Position numbers and translations under genes: made by a program
Part shown: piece after piece, positions 1 to 9,053 of the stretch
How the letters are laid out: every line of letters starts with the position of its first letter
How positions within the stretch are numbered: position 1 is the stretch's first letter
Notes under the pieces: model-generated
Database searches by the model: none
Told to the model about the DNA's origin: nothing
Seen by the model: only the letters and a program-made list of their open reading frames with translations
Assembly: GCA_044222185.1 (NCBI GenBank)
Contig: JBGANV010000005.1
Coordinates: forward strand, 192,001 to 256,000
DNA: 64,000 nucleotides
Direction: 5' to 3'
From: Planctomycetota bacterium
GTDB taxonomy: Bacteria > Planctomycetota > GCA-002687715 > CAIWVZ01

Positions 1-243
1 CCCCAGCAGCGAGGCGAGTCCTTTCACCAACTCGGTCTTGCCGAGGCCGGGGAGACCTTCGAGCAGGATGTGACCCCGTGCCGCGAGCGCGACCACCGTC
101 AGGTCGAGCAGTTCGTCCTGCCCGAAGAGCACCTGCCCCAATCCGGCGCGGATCTTCGCGAGGATGTTGCGTCCGACTTCGATCTCCGCCGGCGCGAGCA
201 GTCTCTCGCCGCCGCGCGTCAACGCACCGCTCCCATCGTTCAC
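1..243 (-). CDS. MoxR-family AAA+ ATPase, N-terminal part (runs off the window start)
   Basis: Manual translation from GTG at 243 (AGGAG RBS at 251-255) gives ...LGQVLFGQDELLDLTVVALAARGHILLEGLPGLGKTELVKGLASLLG. This is the typical MoxR N-terminus with Walker A GLPGLGKT. It is absent from the ORF track because it is truncated. Confidence 0.9.
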   Translation of the reverse strand, partial: MNDGSGALTRGGERLLAPAEIEVGRNILAKIRAGLGQVLFGQDELLDLTVVALAARGHILLEGLPGLGKTELVKGLASLLG

Positions 244-280
244 CTTCGCGCTCCTGGTTTCTTCGCGCCTGACGCGAGCG

Positions 281-1672
281 TCATTTGCCGGTGGTCGATC
301 CCGTTTCGAAGAACCGCTTGACCACCTCGCGGTGATGTGGCGCGAGGCGGCGACGCCACGCAGCGCCTCCCGTCCCGTCGACGCCAGCACGGCCCGGTGC
401 CGCGGTCTCGACCGGCGCCGCTTCCGGCTCGCGCGTGCCCACGCCGACCAGACTCCACTCGTCGGGAACGCGCGCCCCCGGCGGCAGTTTCTGAGCCTTC
501 ATCTTCTCCGTCAACTCCGGCGTGTCTCCGTCGTAGCGCAGAGGCGCGGCCCCGCCGCCCTCCGTCCCGCCGCCCGCCCCAGTTCCGTCTTCGCGGCGAC
601 CGCCGCGACCCGAGCCGCTTCAATGTCCGTCCCGGCAGGATTCATCGTGCACGTGTTTGGACAGGGCGAGTTCGCGGCGCGAGGCCTCGCCCGCCTTCCT
701 GGCCCGGGCCGGGTCGCCGAGCCCGAGTTTCGCCAGGTCCGCGGCATTGCCGCCGAACTGCTTTGCCAACTCGTCCGCGAGCTTTGCGAGCTCGGCCGGG
801 TCGACGGGCAGGTTCCCGAAGTCTCCGGCCTTCCCCGCGCCGCCGTTCATCCGCTTCAGGAGTTCCGCAGGGAGCTTCTGGGTCAGCCCCTGCTTGGCGG
901 CATTCTCGAGGAACCTGGTCAGACCTTCCCTGAGGTCCGCGCCGGCTGCGCCCTCCATCGCCTCGGAGAGCGCCGCAAGTGCCTCCTCGGCTGCCTGCTT
1001 GTGCTCTTCGACCGCCTGCTCGACGCGCTTCTCCAAGGCGTCCACGTCGGTCCACGAGGGGCTCTCACCCGACGCCACCTGCTTTTGGAGGGACTCGAGC
1101 TGCTTCTTGAGCGCGTCGATCATTTCCGGCGTGATGGCGTCGGCCACCGCAGGGTCGGCGAGCGACTTCGCGAGCGAGGCGAGGGCGTCGACGATCGCCG
1201 GGCTCACGGTGGGCGAACGGGGACGGACGGCGGGAAGCAGTGCAACGAGCGCGAGGAACGCGATGGCGAGGAGTCCGTGAAAAACCGGACGCCCGATCTC
1301 CATCCGCAATCGCAGGGGCGCTGCCCCGGCGAGTCGCGCCCTGAGCGTTTCACGCCAGGCGTCGCCCGAGACCTCCAGGTCCGAAACGACGAGGCCTCCC
1401 AGTCCGAGTTCTCGGTCGACGTAGAGAGCGGCGGCTGCGTGCGACGGAACCCGCCGGTTGGCGCGGAGGATCGCCGCCGCCGCGGGAATCGCAAGACCGG
1501 CCGCCCACCACGCTTCGGGCCGCCAGTTCCGGCCGAAACCACGGGCGACGAGGAGGGCCGTCCCGCCAGCGAGCGCCAGGACGGCGAGCGTCCGAGCGAA
1601 GGTGACGAGGGCGACCGCGATCCACGAGCGCGTGCGGACATGGCGGATCGCTGCCTGGGCTTCGGCGAACAT
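281..1672 (-). CDS. MoxR-operon membrane/coiled-coil protein with an in-frame UGA at 620-622 (putative selenocysteine, codon 351; 463 aa if read through)
   Basis: ORFs 620..1672 and 281..514 are in the same frame and separated only by one TGA. Readthrough gives HVHDESCRDGH*SGSGRGGRREDGTGAGGGTEGGGAAPLRYDGDTPELTEKMK...WRRRLAPHHREVVKRFF. N-terminal TM helices and a helical middle region; ends 38 bp before the moxR start. Confidence 0.75.
591..622 (-). promoter_or_regulatory. Putative bacterial SECIS element
   Basis: mRNA reads UGA-AGCGGCUCGGG (11 nt)-UCGCGGC-GGUC-GCCGCGA: a perfect 7-bp stem with a GGUC apical loop. Confidence 0.65.
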
Positions 1673-1764
1673 GAGCCCAGCATACGGGCGGACGTCGAGT
1701 TATGGAATCTCACACTCGACGGCGGCCGGGCGCGCGGCGGCGCCCGGCTCGTGCGGCCGGCGCG

Positions 1765-4092
1765 TCACGGTCCGAAGACGATGCGCAGGCCGCGCGAGAA
1801 CGCCCAGCCGAACTGCGCACCCGGATCGGCCTGAACGACCTGAGCATTCAGGACCGTTCCGACGAGCGACGGTACGGACGGCACGCTCCACCAGAACGTG
1901 AGGCCGCCGGCCGGCAACGGCATCACGACCGGGTCGATGGGCTCGACCAGCAGCGTTCCACCCGCCGGCGTCGGCCGGTTGGCGGTGTCCGGCGACGCCA
2001 CCACGGCGGCGATCGTCGCAACCCCCGAGGTGTTGCCGATGTTCACGGCGATCGTCGAACCGAGGGAGGGCGGCCCCGACAGGGTCAGCGGCGGAACCAC
2101 GCCGCCCGTTCCCGGGTAGCCGGTGCCGTAGTTGGCCCATTCGGCGCCTCGGGTCACCGTGACGACGCCGAGCGTGGAGTCGGTGAAGCCGTCGAAGGAC
2201 GCGAACGTGAACGGGTCAGGCCCGGCAAACCCGGCCTCGGGGTAGTAGGTCGCCTGGTTGCCAGCGAGCGCGACCGTGCCGTGCGCCGGCTGGTGAACGA
2301 TGCGCAGGGTCTGCGTCTGGCTCGTGTTCGGGTCCGCCACGGACAACGTCACGGTGACCGGTGCTCCGTTGGACGTCGCGCTGAGGGTCGCAGCCGTCCC
2401 GCGAGCGTTCGGGATCGGATCGTCGCTGTTTGGTCCGTTGTGGCAGGAGTAGCAGCTCACGAGCGAACCGCGGAAGAACGTCTTCGTCCCCCAGTTGGTG
2501 GAGAAGCTCCGATCACCCTGCGCCATCGACAGCACGGTTCCCTTGAAGTTGCCGCCGTGGCAGACGGCGCACTGCGCCGAGCCCGTGTTCTCGACGGTAT
2601 CGCCGTGATCACTCACCCAGTTCTGGCCGATCGGGTGCATGCCGTGCGGACCGCCGTTCACGGTCTGCGGATCGGTGCCGTGGCACGCCGTGCAATCGGC
2701 GATGGTGCCCACGTGCCCCTGGAACGCCAGGGGTTGAACGTTGTCGTTGCCATGAGCCGCGGGGTACTCGGCGTGCGTCGAGCCGTGACATGCCTCACAG
2801 CGAAGTCCGCCGTGGCCCGTCGAGAACCGGAACAGCGAGAACCCGGCGGCGGGCGTGTTGGGATTGGTCGCGAACGTCGCGTCGACGGGTTGGCGGAGCT
2901 GCCCGGAAGCAGTGAACGCGTCGGTGTAACGGATCTGCCCATTGTTGGTCGTCGCCGTTCCCGTGTGGCAGTTCTGGCAGCCCGGCTCCTCGAGCCATCC
3001 GGTACGCGTGGCGGCCCCGACGGCGCTCATGTTGCCGTGGCAGCTCTGACACTGCATCGCGAGCGTTCCGTTGGGTGCGACGGCGGCGCCCATGGCTCCG
3101 CGCAGACAGCGCGTCTCCGAGCCCGGGTGGCATCGATAGCAGGCGGCGCGGTTGCTGCTGGAGTCGAGCGAGAGGCCGTTCACCGGGTCGAGGACCGACG
3201 CGTGGAACGCATGGACCGACGCCGTGAGCGGCGAGACGCCCGCGATCCCGGTGCCCGGCAGCGCGTTCGAGGCGTGGCACTTCGCGCAGAGGATCGGGGT
3301 GCCCTGATTCACGACCGTCGCATGGAGGCCGGCCGAGCTGTAACCGGCGGTGGTGAGGGCCGAGTCGAACGTCGCCTGTCCCAGGTGCCGGTCGTGCAGC
3401 TTCAAGATGTTCAGTCGGTAGTCGCGCTCGGCGTTGGGATCGAAAACCCAACCGGCCGACGGTTCCGCGGCGGGGCCGGCGCCCGAGGCGTGACATGCGC
3501 GGCAGTCCATCTCGTCGGAGACGGGCAGCACGACGTCGGTCGAAGCGAGCGGTGTGCCACCCCCACTGCGGAGCACGAGGCGCATCATCGGGTACGGCCG
3601 CTTGTGACCGGCGTCGTCGTACGGAGTGATCGGGATCCCTTCGGCACTGAACGTGTTCGACGAAGACGCGAAGGACATCGCGCGCGGCGTGTTGGCGGGA
3701 CCTGGCATGTCGAAGCCGGCGAGACCGACGTTCGGTGTGCCCGACGCGCCGTAGAGAGCGTTGGCGAACTGCCAGAAGTTCGTCTTGCCGACTGACGACA
3801 CGTTGATCGAGCCGCTTGGATCCGCGACGGACTCGTAGGTCACGGTGCGCCCTCCTGGTGCCAGGAGCAGGTGCCCATCGGGCTGGATCACCTGGGCGTC
3901 GACCGTGTTGTAGGGCGGGAGGATGGAGAACACCCCGTAGTCCGAGTCCATGCAGTGCATGCCCAGGTTGTTCCAGCCGACGATCTTCCACGTGGGCGGC
4001 GGCGGTGGCGGTGGTGCATCGGAGACGAACCCCGTGGCGACGAACGCCATCGCCAGGACACCAAGCATCAGGACGAACGTGGTGGGTTTCAT
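1765..4092 (-). CDS. Secreted multiheme c-type cytochrome (9 CxxCH) with an Ig-like domain and a conserved C-terminal domain
   Basis: Signal peptide MKPTTFVLMLGVLAMA; WNNLGMHCMD motif; hemes CRACH, CAKCH, CYRCH, CQSCH, CQNCH, CEACH, CTACH, CAVCH, CYSCH; Ig-like QPAHGTV...YYPEAGFAGPDPFTF; GGAG RBS before ATG 4092. Confidence 0.9.
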   Translation of the reverse strand: MKPTTFVLMLGVLAMAFVATGFVSDAPPPPPPPTWKIVGWNNLGMHCMDSDYGVFSILPPYNTVDAQVIQPDGHLLLAPGGRTVTYESVADPSGSINVSSVGKTNFWQFANALYGASGTPNVGLAGFDMPGPANTPRAMSFASSSNTFSAEGIPITPYDDAGHKRPYPMMRLVLRSGGGTPLASTDVVLPVSDEMDCRACHASGAGPAAEPSAGWVFDPNAERDYRLNILKLHDRHLGQATFDSALTTAGYSSAGLHATVVNQGTPILCAKCHASNALPGTGIAGVSPLTASVHAFHASVLDPVNGLSLDSSSNRAACYRCHPGSETRCLRGAMGAAVAPNGTLAMQCQSCHGNMSAVGAATRTGWLEEPGCQNCHTGTATTNNGQIRYTDAFTASGQLRQPVDATFATNPNTPAAGFSLFRFSTGHGGLRCEACHGSTHAEYPAAHGNDNVQPLAFQGHVGTIADCTACHGTDPQTVNGGPHGMHPIGQNWVSDHGDTVENTGSAQCAVCHGGNFKGTVLSMAQGDRSFSTNWGTKTFFRGSLVSCYSCHNGPNSDDPIPNARGTAATLSATSNGAPVTVTLSVADPNTSQTQTLRIVHQPAHGTVALAGNQATYYPEAGFAGPDPFTFASFDGFTDSTLGVVTVTRGAEWANYGTGYPGTGGVVPPLTLSGPPSLGSTIAVNIGNTSGVATIAAVVASPDTANRPTPAGGTLLVEPIDPVVMPLPAGGLTFWWSVPSVPSLVGTVLNAQVVQADPGAQFGWAFSRGLRIVFGP

Positions 4093-4463
4093 GCGCGACT
4101 CCATCCGGTGCACCGCGGTGGCGCGCGGGGTTGCGCCTCGTTCGGGCTTCTCTGACAGGGGTCACCGCGGCGGCCGAGGACGACAGAGGTGCACACTCCG
4201 TACCGGCGGAGGCCCGTGCGCGCGGAATACGACCGTCTCCGTAGCCGCGCCGCCGAGGCCGATTCCCAGCCGCGCCCCCACCGGTGGTATTGCCGAGAAA
4301 TCCACTGACACCGGAGGCGCCCGCGGGCGCCGTGCCACTGCGTGCGGCCCTCACCCGGTCGGGCCTGCGTGCAATTGCTCCACGGTGACGACGTCGACAT
4401 TTCACGCGAGCGAAGCGCCCGGATGCCCGGGATCGAGGGTTGCCGAATGAAACCCCGTTGCAT

Positions 4464-4480
4464 TTGGCATTCGCGATGCT
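4464..4480 (+). promoter_or_regulatory. Possible sigma54 (-24/-12) promoter for the 4532 gene
   Basis: TTGGCATTCGCGATGCT has GG-N10-GC spacing and sits ~50 bp upstream of ATG 4532. Confidence 0.4.
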
Positions 4481-4531
4481 TCCGTCGCATCGCCCGAAGT
4501 CAGCCCAACGAGTTCTCACACGGAAACACCG

Positions 4532-6748
4532 ATGGACAGCAAACTCGCCGAGCGCTTCCGCTCCTTCCGCCGCCTGGATGCGACGGCCTCAGCCGCGGTC
4601 GCAGCCGTGCTCGTCTCCCTGCTCGTGGGATGCAGCCAGGGCGAAGGCAACACGACTCAGGCACCGGCCGTCTTCGGCTGGCCCATCCTGACGAGCCCCG
4701 GCCGCCCGGGTTCCCTTGGCTTCACGGCCATCGAGGACCTGAACGGTGACGGGCACCTCGACATCCGAGGAAGCAATCCCGTAGGCGACCTCACGGTCCG
4801 CCTCCTCGGTGTGGGGGGCGCTCGGTTCACTCCGGACACGCCGCTCGGAGGCATCCCAGGGCTGCCGCCCGGCGCCGAACAGGGGGCCGTCGTGGCGGCG
4901 TTCGACCTCCCCGGTGACGACTTGCCGGACCTCGTGGTGACGTGGAGCGGCGGATGGGTTCTCCTGTCGAGTGCCGGACCCGGCGGCTATGCGGCGCGCG
5001 AACTCACGGAATTCGCCCAGCCCGGGGCGTTCGTCACTGCGGCCGTCGGCGTCGATCTGGATGGCGACGGCGACCGCGATCTGGTGACGATCTCCTCGCC
5101 ATCCGGCGCGATCGAGGCGTGGCACGTGACGGGGATGGGGCTCGCGCCGACAGCCTTGGCGATCAGCCCGCTTCTTTCGTCGCGGCTCGTGAGCGGGGAC
5201 GTCGACGGCGACGGGCATCAGGACGTCGTCGTCGTGTCCGGGTTCATCCCACATTCGGTCTGGATCGGGGACGGTCTCGGGGGACTGACGGCGTGGGGCC
5301 GGCTCCCGAACGTCGTCGGCACGCTCGCCGATTGGGACGGTGATGGAGATCTGGATCTGCTGTCGGTGACGCCGTCGACGCTGGCCTGGTGGCGCAACGA
5401 CGGCACGTCGGCGTTCAGCGGCCCCATGTTCCTCGCGCCGCACCCGTCGGCGGTCTCATCGATCGCAACGCTCGCCGTGGGAGACGTGGACGGCAACGGG
5501 ACGCGCGACCTGGTCGAGGGAGACCCGGCGCGACTGTGGCTTCAGCGGACGGATGGAACGCTGGATCGCATCGACCTTCCGATCGCTGGCGGGCAGGCCT
5601 TCGTCGCCGACGTGACGGAAGACGCGCTGCTGGACCTGGTCTTCGTCGGGGATTCAACGTCGGTGCTGCCGCAGAACCCGGACCACACGTTCACGGTTCC
5701 ATCGGGGATCGACTTCGGCGGAACGATCCGGCGCGTGCTGTCGGCACCGCTTCAGTTGGGAGGACCGCGTCGGCTCGTCGTCCAAGCGGGCAACGCGACC
5801 CTCGCGAACGGACCCGATTCGTTGCGGATCGCGGACGTCGTCAGTGGCAACGTCGTCGAACTCTCAGTGGCGTACGCGCCCACGAGCGCATGGAATTTCG
5901 TCGCGCTGACGGACCTGGACGGGGACGGCGCCGAAGACGTCGTGATCTACCAGGGAGCCGGCCTGCAGGTTCTGCGCGGCGACGGAGCGGGCGGGTTCCT
6001 CGCTCCCATCGCGCTCTCGACGCTGGTGGTCGCGGGGCCGGTGGGTTTCGGTGATCTCGACGGCGACGGGGACGCGGACGTCTACGATCCGACGCTCGCT
6101 CGCATCTCCAGCAACCAGTCGTTCGCCTTCAGCTACGCGTTGGGCCCCAACGGTTTCGCTGGGCCATACGCTGCGTTCGAGCCGTGCGTCATCCGCGACT
6201 TCGATGGTGATGGGCGCGCGGACATCGGCATCTTGGCTGGGCGCGGGTCGTCGCCGGGGCTCATCGCCTACGGGCTCGGTGGATCGCCGCCGTCGTTCAC
6301 CGACCTCGTCGCCATCGGGCCGCTCGTGGGGTTGGACGCGGTCACGAACTGGATCGAGACGGACGTCGATGCGGACGGTCGCGTCGATTGGGTCGACGTG
6401 AACCATGGGCTGTGGCTCGCGAACGACGGAACGGGGCGGGCCGTCGGAGCGCCTCACGCCCTCGCTGCGCCCTTCGCCGGATTGGATGGACAGGTCGCGG
6501 ACCTCGATGGCGACGGGCGTCGCAATGACGTTCTCGTTCGCCACGAAGACGGGTTCGATGCGTGGATCCAAACGGGCCCGGCGATCTTCACGCGCGGTCA
6601 GCCACGACCGGCCCGGGCTGGCCCGTCCAACCTCCAGACTCTCGTGATCGCCGACGCCGACGGGGATGACCGCGATGATCTGCTCGCGTGGGAGGGCTCG
6701 AGGCTCCATTTCCTCGCGAACTCGGGCACGGCGCCGCGTGCGCGGTGA
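4532..6748 (+). CDS. FG-GAP/VCBS repeat lipoprotein
   Basis: Lipobox LLVGC after a hydrophobic stretch; many DxDGDGxxD repeats (DLNGDGHLD, DLDGDGDRD, DVDGDGHQD, DWDGDGDLD...). Confidence 0.85.
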   Translation: MDSKLAERFRSFRRLDATASAAVAAVLVSLLVGCSQGEGNTTQAPAVFGWPILTSPGRPGSLGFTAIEDLNGDGHLDIRGSNPVGDLTVRLLGVGGARFTPDTPLGGIPGLPPGAEQGAVVAAFDLPGDDLPDLVVTWSGGWVLLSSAGPGGYAARELTEFAQPGAFVTAAVGVDLDGDGDRDLVTISSPSGAIEAWHVTGMGLAPTALAISPLLSSRLVSGDVDGDGHQDVVVVSGFIPHSVWIGDGLGGLTAWGRLPNVVGTLADWDGDGDLDLLSVTPSTLAWWRNDGTSAFSGPMFLAPHPSAVSSIATLAVGDVDGNGTRDLVEGDPARLWLQRTDGTLDRIDLPIAGGQAFVADVTEDALLDLVFVGDSTSVLPQNPDHTFTVPSGIDFGGTIRRVLSAPLQLGGPRRLVVQAGNATLANGPDSLRIADVVSGNVVELSVAYAPTSAWNFVALTDLDGDGAEDVVIYQGAGLQVLRGDGAGGFLAPIALSTLVVAGPVGFGDLDGDGDADVYDPTLARISSNQSFAFSYALGPNGFAGPYAAFEPCVIRDFDGDGRADIGILAGRGSSPGLIAYGLGGSPPSFTDLVAIGPLVGLDAVTNWIETDVDADGRVDWVDVNHGLWLANDGTGRAVGAPHALAAPFAGLDGQVADLDGDGRRNDVLVRHEDGFDAWIQTGPAIFTRGQPRPARAGPSNLQTLVIADADGDDRDDLLAWEGSRLHFLANSGTAPRAR

Positions 6749-6760
6749 GGGGCGCGGACG

Positions 6761-7324
6761 TCAGGCGAAGGTGCGTGCGACGAACTCGGCCTGAGCCGCG
6801 TTCAGCTCGGCGAGGAGATCGGCGAGCGGTTGCTTCGGGACCAGGCAGCGGAGCAGGTCGACGCTGCGCCCGGTGCGCAGCGCGGCACCGAGCCCGGGCC
6901 GCCGCATGAACGTGTTGGGCTGACGCACGAAGTGGTCGATCTCGGACCACGCGAGCGTCACGTTCCGATCGAGGCCGTAGGCTTTGATCCCCCGCTCGTT
7001 CACGACGATGCGCAGGCGGGCGGCGCGGATCGCGGCGACGCCGAACACCAGGCCGATGGCACCGTTCACCACGATCTGGAGATAGGCGTTGCGCCGAGAC
7101 CTGGCGGCCATGGCGTTCAACAGGTCGGCGTAGGGACCGCTGGGAACGATGACGTCGTCGCGCATCGCAGTGCTGATGACTCCGAACGAGGAGATCAGCA
7201 GATTGAACACGGCGACGCCGGTGAACGCGAACAGCACGAAGTTCCGGCGTCGCGGAACTCGGATCACCCGCTCCGCGGCTGGGGCCTGCGCGACTCCCGG
7301 GTTTGCCACTCCGCTCTGGTTCAC
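6761..7324 (-). CDS. Membrane protein with a bacterial PH-like domain
   Basis: Two TM segments, then RIVVNERGIKAYGLDRNVTLAWSEID, a typical bacterial PH motif. Confidence 0.7.
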   Translation of the reverse strand: MNQSGVANPGVAQAPAAERVIRVPRRRNFVLFAFTGVAVFNLLISSFGVISTAMRDDVIVPSGPYADLLNAMAARSRRNAYLQIVVNGAIGLVFGVAAIRAARLRIVVNERGIKAYGLDRNVTLAWSEIDHFVRQPNTFMRRPGLGAALRTGRSVDLLRCLVPKQPLADLLAELNAAQAEFVARTFA

Positions 7325-7570
7325 TCAGCTCACTTCCCGGCTCGCGCGAGCCTCATTCAGCGCGACGACGATCGCGTGCGAACTGCCGCGGCCGAGTCGG
7401 GTCCCGAACAGCGGCTCGAGGCGACCGTCTTTCATCAGGGCGCATTCCTCGGCCGGGAGTCTATGCGGCATCCGGGAAGCCGGAAGGGCCGCGTGCGGTC
7501 GGCCGACGCACGAGTGAGCTGGGAGCCCGAACGCACGGAACTCGACGTCGCGCGTCAGCCGCCGACCCAC
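7325..7570 (-). pseudogene. Possible degenerate third copy of the PH-like gene (C-terminal part only)
   Basis: The frame reads ...RAFGL...CALMKDGRLEPLFGTRLGRGSSHAIVVALNEARA*, resembling the paralog ends (KAYGL; ALLLDGRSVDLLGIWLPKRASDRVVAALVEAQR). Its stop abuts the GTG at 7324. The 5' boundary is approximate. Confidence 0.35.
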
Positions 7571-7601
7571 ATGGGTGCCGATGGGAATCCCTTGCTGGAT
7601 G

Positions 7602-8270
7602 TCATCGAAGTGTGCCACGCCGATGGTCGCGCTGCGCCTCGACGAGCGCCGCGACGACGCGATCGGAGGCTCGCTTCGGCAGCCAGATTCCGAGCAAGTC
7701 GACGGACCGGCCGTCCAGGAGCAGCGCGAACGGTCCGCCGCGGTCACCGCGGCATCGCTGTCCCGTCACGAAGCGATCGACTTCGTCCCAGCGGAGCGTG
7801 ACGTTCGCCAGGAGCGCGAAGCCACGGAGTCCCTCCGCATCGACGTGGATGCGCAGTCGCCCGGCACGGATGGCGAGGAAGCCGAACAGCAGCGCGAGGC
7901 CCGCGGCGCATCCGAGGAGCAGGCGGCCACGACGAACATCGTCGCCGCACCGCGCGCTGACGACGTCGGGAGGGTCCGGACCGAGGCCGCAGGCGCCGGC
8001 GCGATCGATCCGTGCCAGATCCTCGGCGATCCCCGGGATGACGTCGCGGACTCGTTCCACCAGTCTCTTCCTCGCATCGAGGAGATTCTCAGCACGACGC
8101 GCCTGCGCGAGGTCGTCGCGAAGCTGAACGGTCGTGACGACGACGGCCCCTACGCCGACGATCGCCGTGGCGAGGAAGAGATGCAGCATCACGTTCGTGC
8201 TGCGTGGTACGCGGATCTCCCGCGCGGGCTCACGCGAGACGACGGGCGACTCGATCGGCACGCCGCTCAA
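7602..8270 (-). CDS. Membrane protein with a PH-like domain, paralog of 6761..7324
   Basis: 3' part of ORF 7602..9536; GAGGAG RBS at 8275-8280 with start TTG 8270 or GTG 8261. Shares IRVPR, AIRAxRLRI, NVTLxW, GRSVDLL with the neighbour. Confidence 0.7.
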   Translation of the reverse strand: MSGVPIESPVVSREPAREIRVPRSTNVMLHLFLATAIVGVGAVVVTTVQLRDDLAQARRAENLLDARKRLVERVRDVIPGIAEDLARIDRAGACGLGPDPPDVVSARCGDDVRRGRLLLGCAAGLALLFGFLAIRAGRLRIHVDAEGLRGFALLANVTLRWDEVDRFVTGQRCRGDRGGPFALLLDGRSVDLLGIWLPKRASDRVVAALVEAQRDHRRGTLR

Positions 8271-8522
8271 CGGGCTCCTCCGCGTCCCTTCCCCGGCAAG
8301 CCCTCCATTGGAAGACGTGCTCGGTGCTTCATCGCTGCGGACCGACTGCGGCGCCGAACGACACCTGCACGCGGAACGGACCTCTGGCTCGCCACGGGAT
8401 TCGAAACACCGGCACGACGGCGCCGGTGGGATCGGAGTGTTCCTGCCGCTGCGTTTCCATGGTTCCTCACGCCGAGCGCGAGCGTACTCCGATGGCGATC
8501 GCGCTGCAATCCGAGCGAAGGC

Positions 8523-8999
8523 GGAACGCCGCGTTCCAACGCGGCTGCACGGGCAGGGCTCCAGTCCTGCCCGGGAATGGCGACGGATCCTCTCGCAAGC
8601 GCGAAAGGACGCCGCGCTCGGTCGCGAGTGAACGGCTTTCCGCGTTCGGGCGAGTCCGGAGGCCTCGCCGGCCAGCCGGGCTGGAGCCCGGCGCTCCCGC
8701 AAACGTCGGCAGCGCAATCGCGCGAACGACGCGCGACGGTTCGCCCGGTCGCGAGTGAATGGCTTTCCGCGTTCGGGCGAGTCCGGAGGCCTCGCCGGCC
8801 GGCCGGGCTGGAGCCCGGCGCTCCGGAACGCCGCGTTCCAACGCGGCTGGACGGGCTGGGCTCCAGCCCTGCCCGGGAATGGCGACGGGTTCTCTCGCAA
8901 GCGCGAAAGGACGCCGCGCCCGGTCGCGAGTGAACGGCTCTCCGCGTTCAGGCGAGTCCGGAGGCCTCGCCGGCTAGCCGGGCTGGAGCCCGGCGCTCC
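8523..8999. repeat. Intergenic REP/REPIN (BIME-like) composite repeat
   Basis: ~175-bp direct repeat at 8523-8697 and 8825-8999, plus a third partial unit at ~8747-8824. The palindrome GCCGGGCTGGAGCCCGGCGCTCC occurs at 8675, 8802 and 8977. Confidence 0.85.
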
Positions 9000-9053
9000 G
9001 GAACGCGGCGTTTCGGGCGCGGCTGGACGGGCGTTTGGCATACTCGCGCGGCC

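Noticed and set aside
281-622. Frameshift pseudogene, or an independent 77-aa gene at 281..514
   Set aside because: Both parts are in the same frame with no shift, the TTG at 514 has no clear RBS, and the intervening codons read as a natural Gly-rich linker. A plain nonsense mutation cannot be fully excluded.
8523-8999. CRISPR array
   Set aside because: The units are 75-175 bp, the intervening sequence is itself repeated rather than unique spacers, and no cas genes are present.
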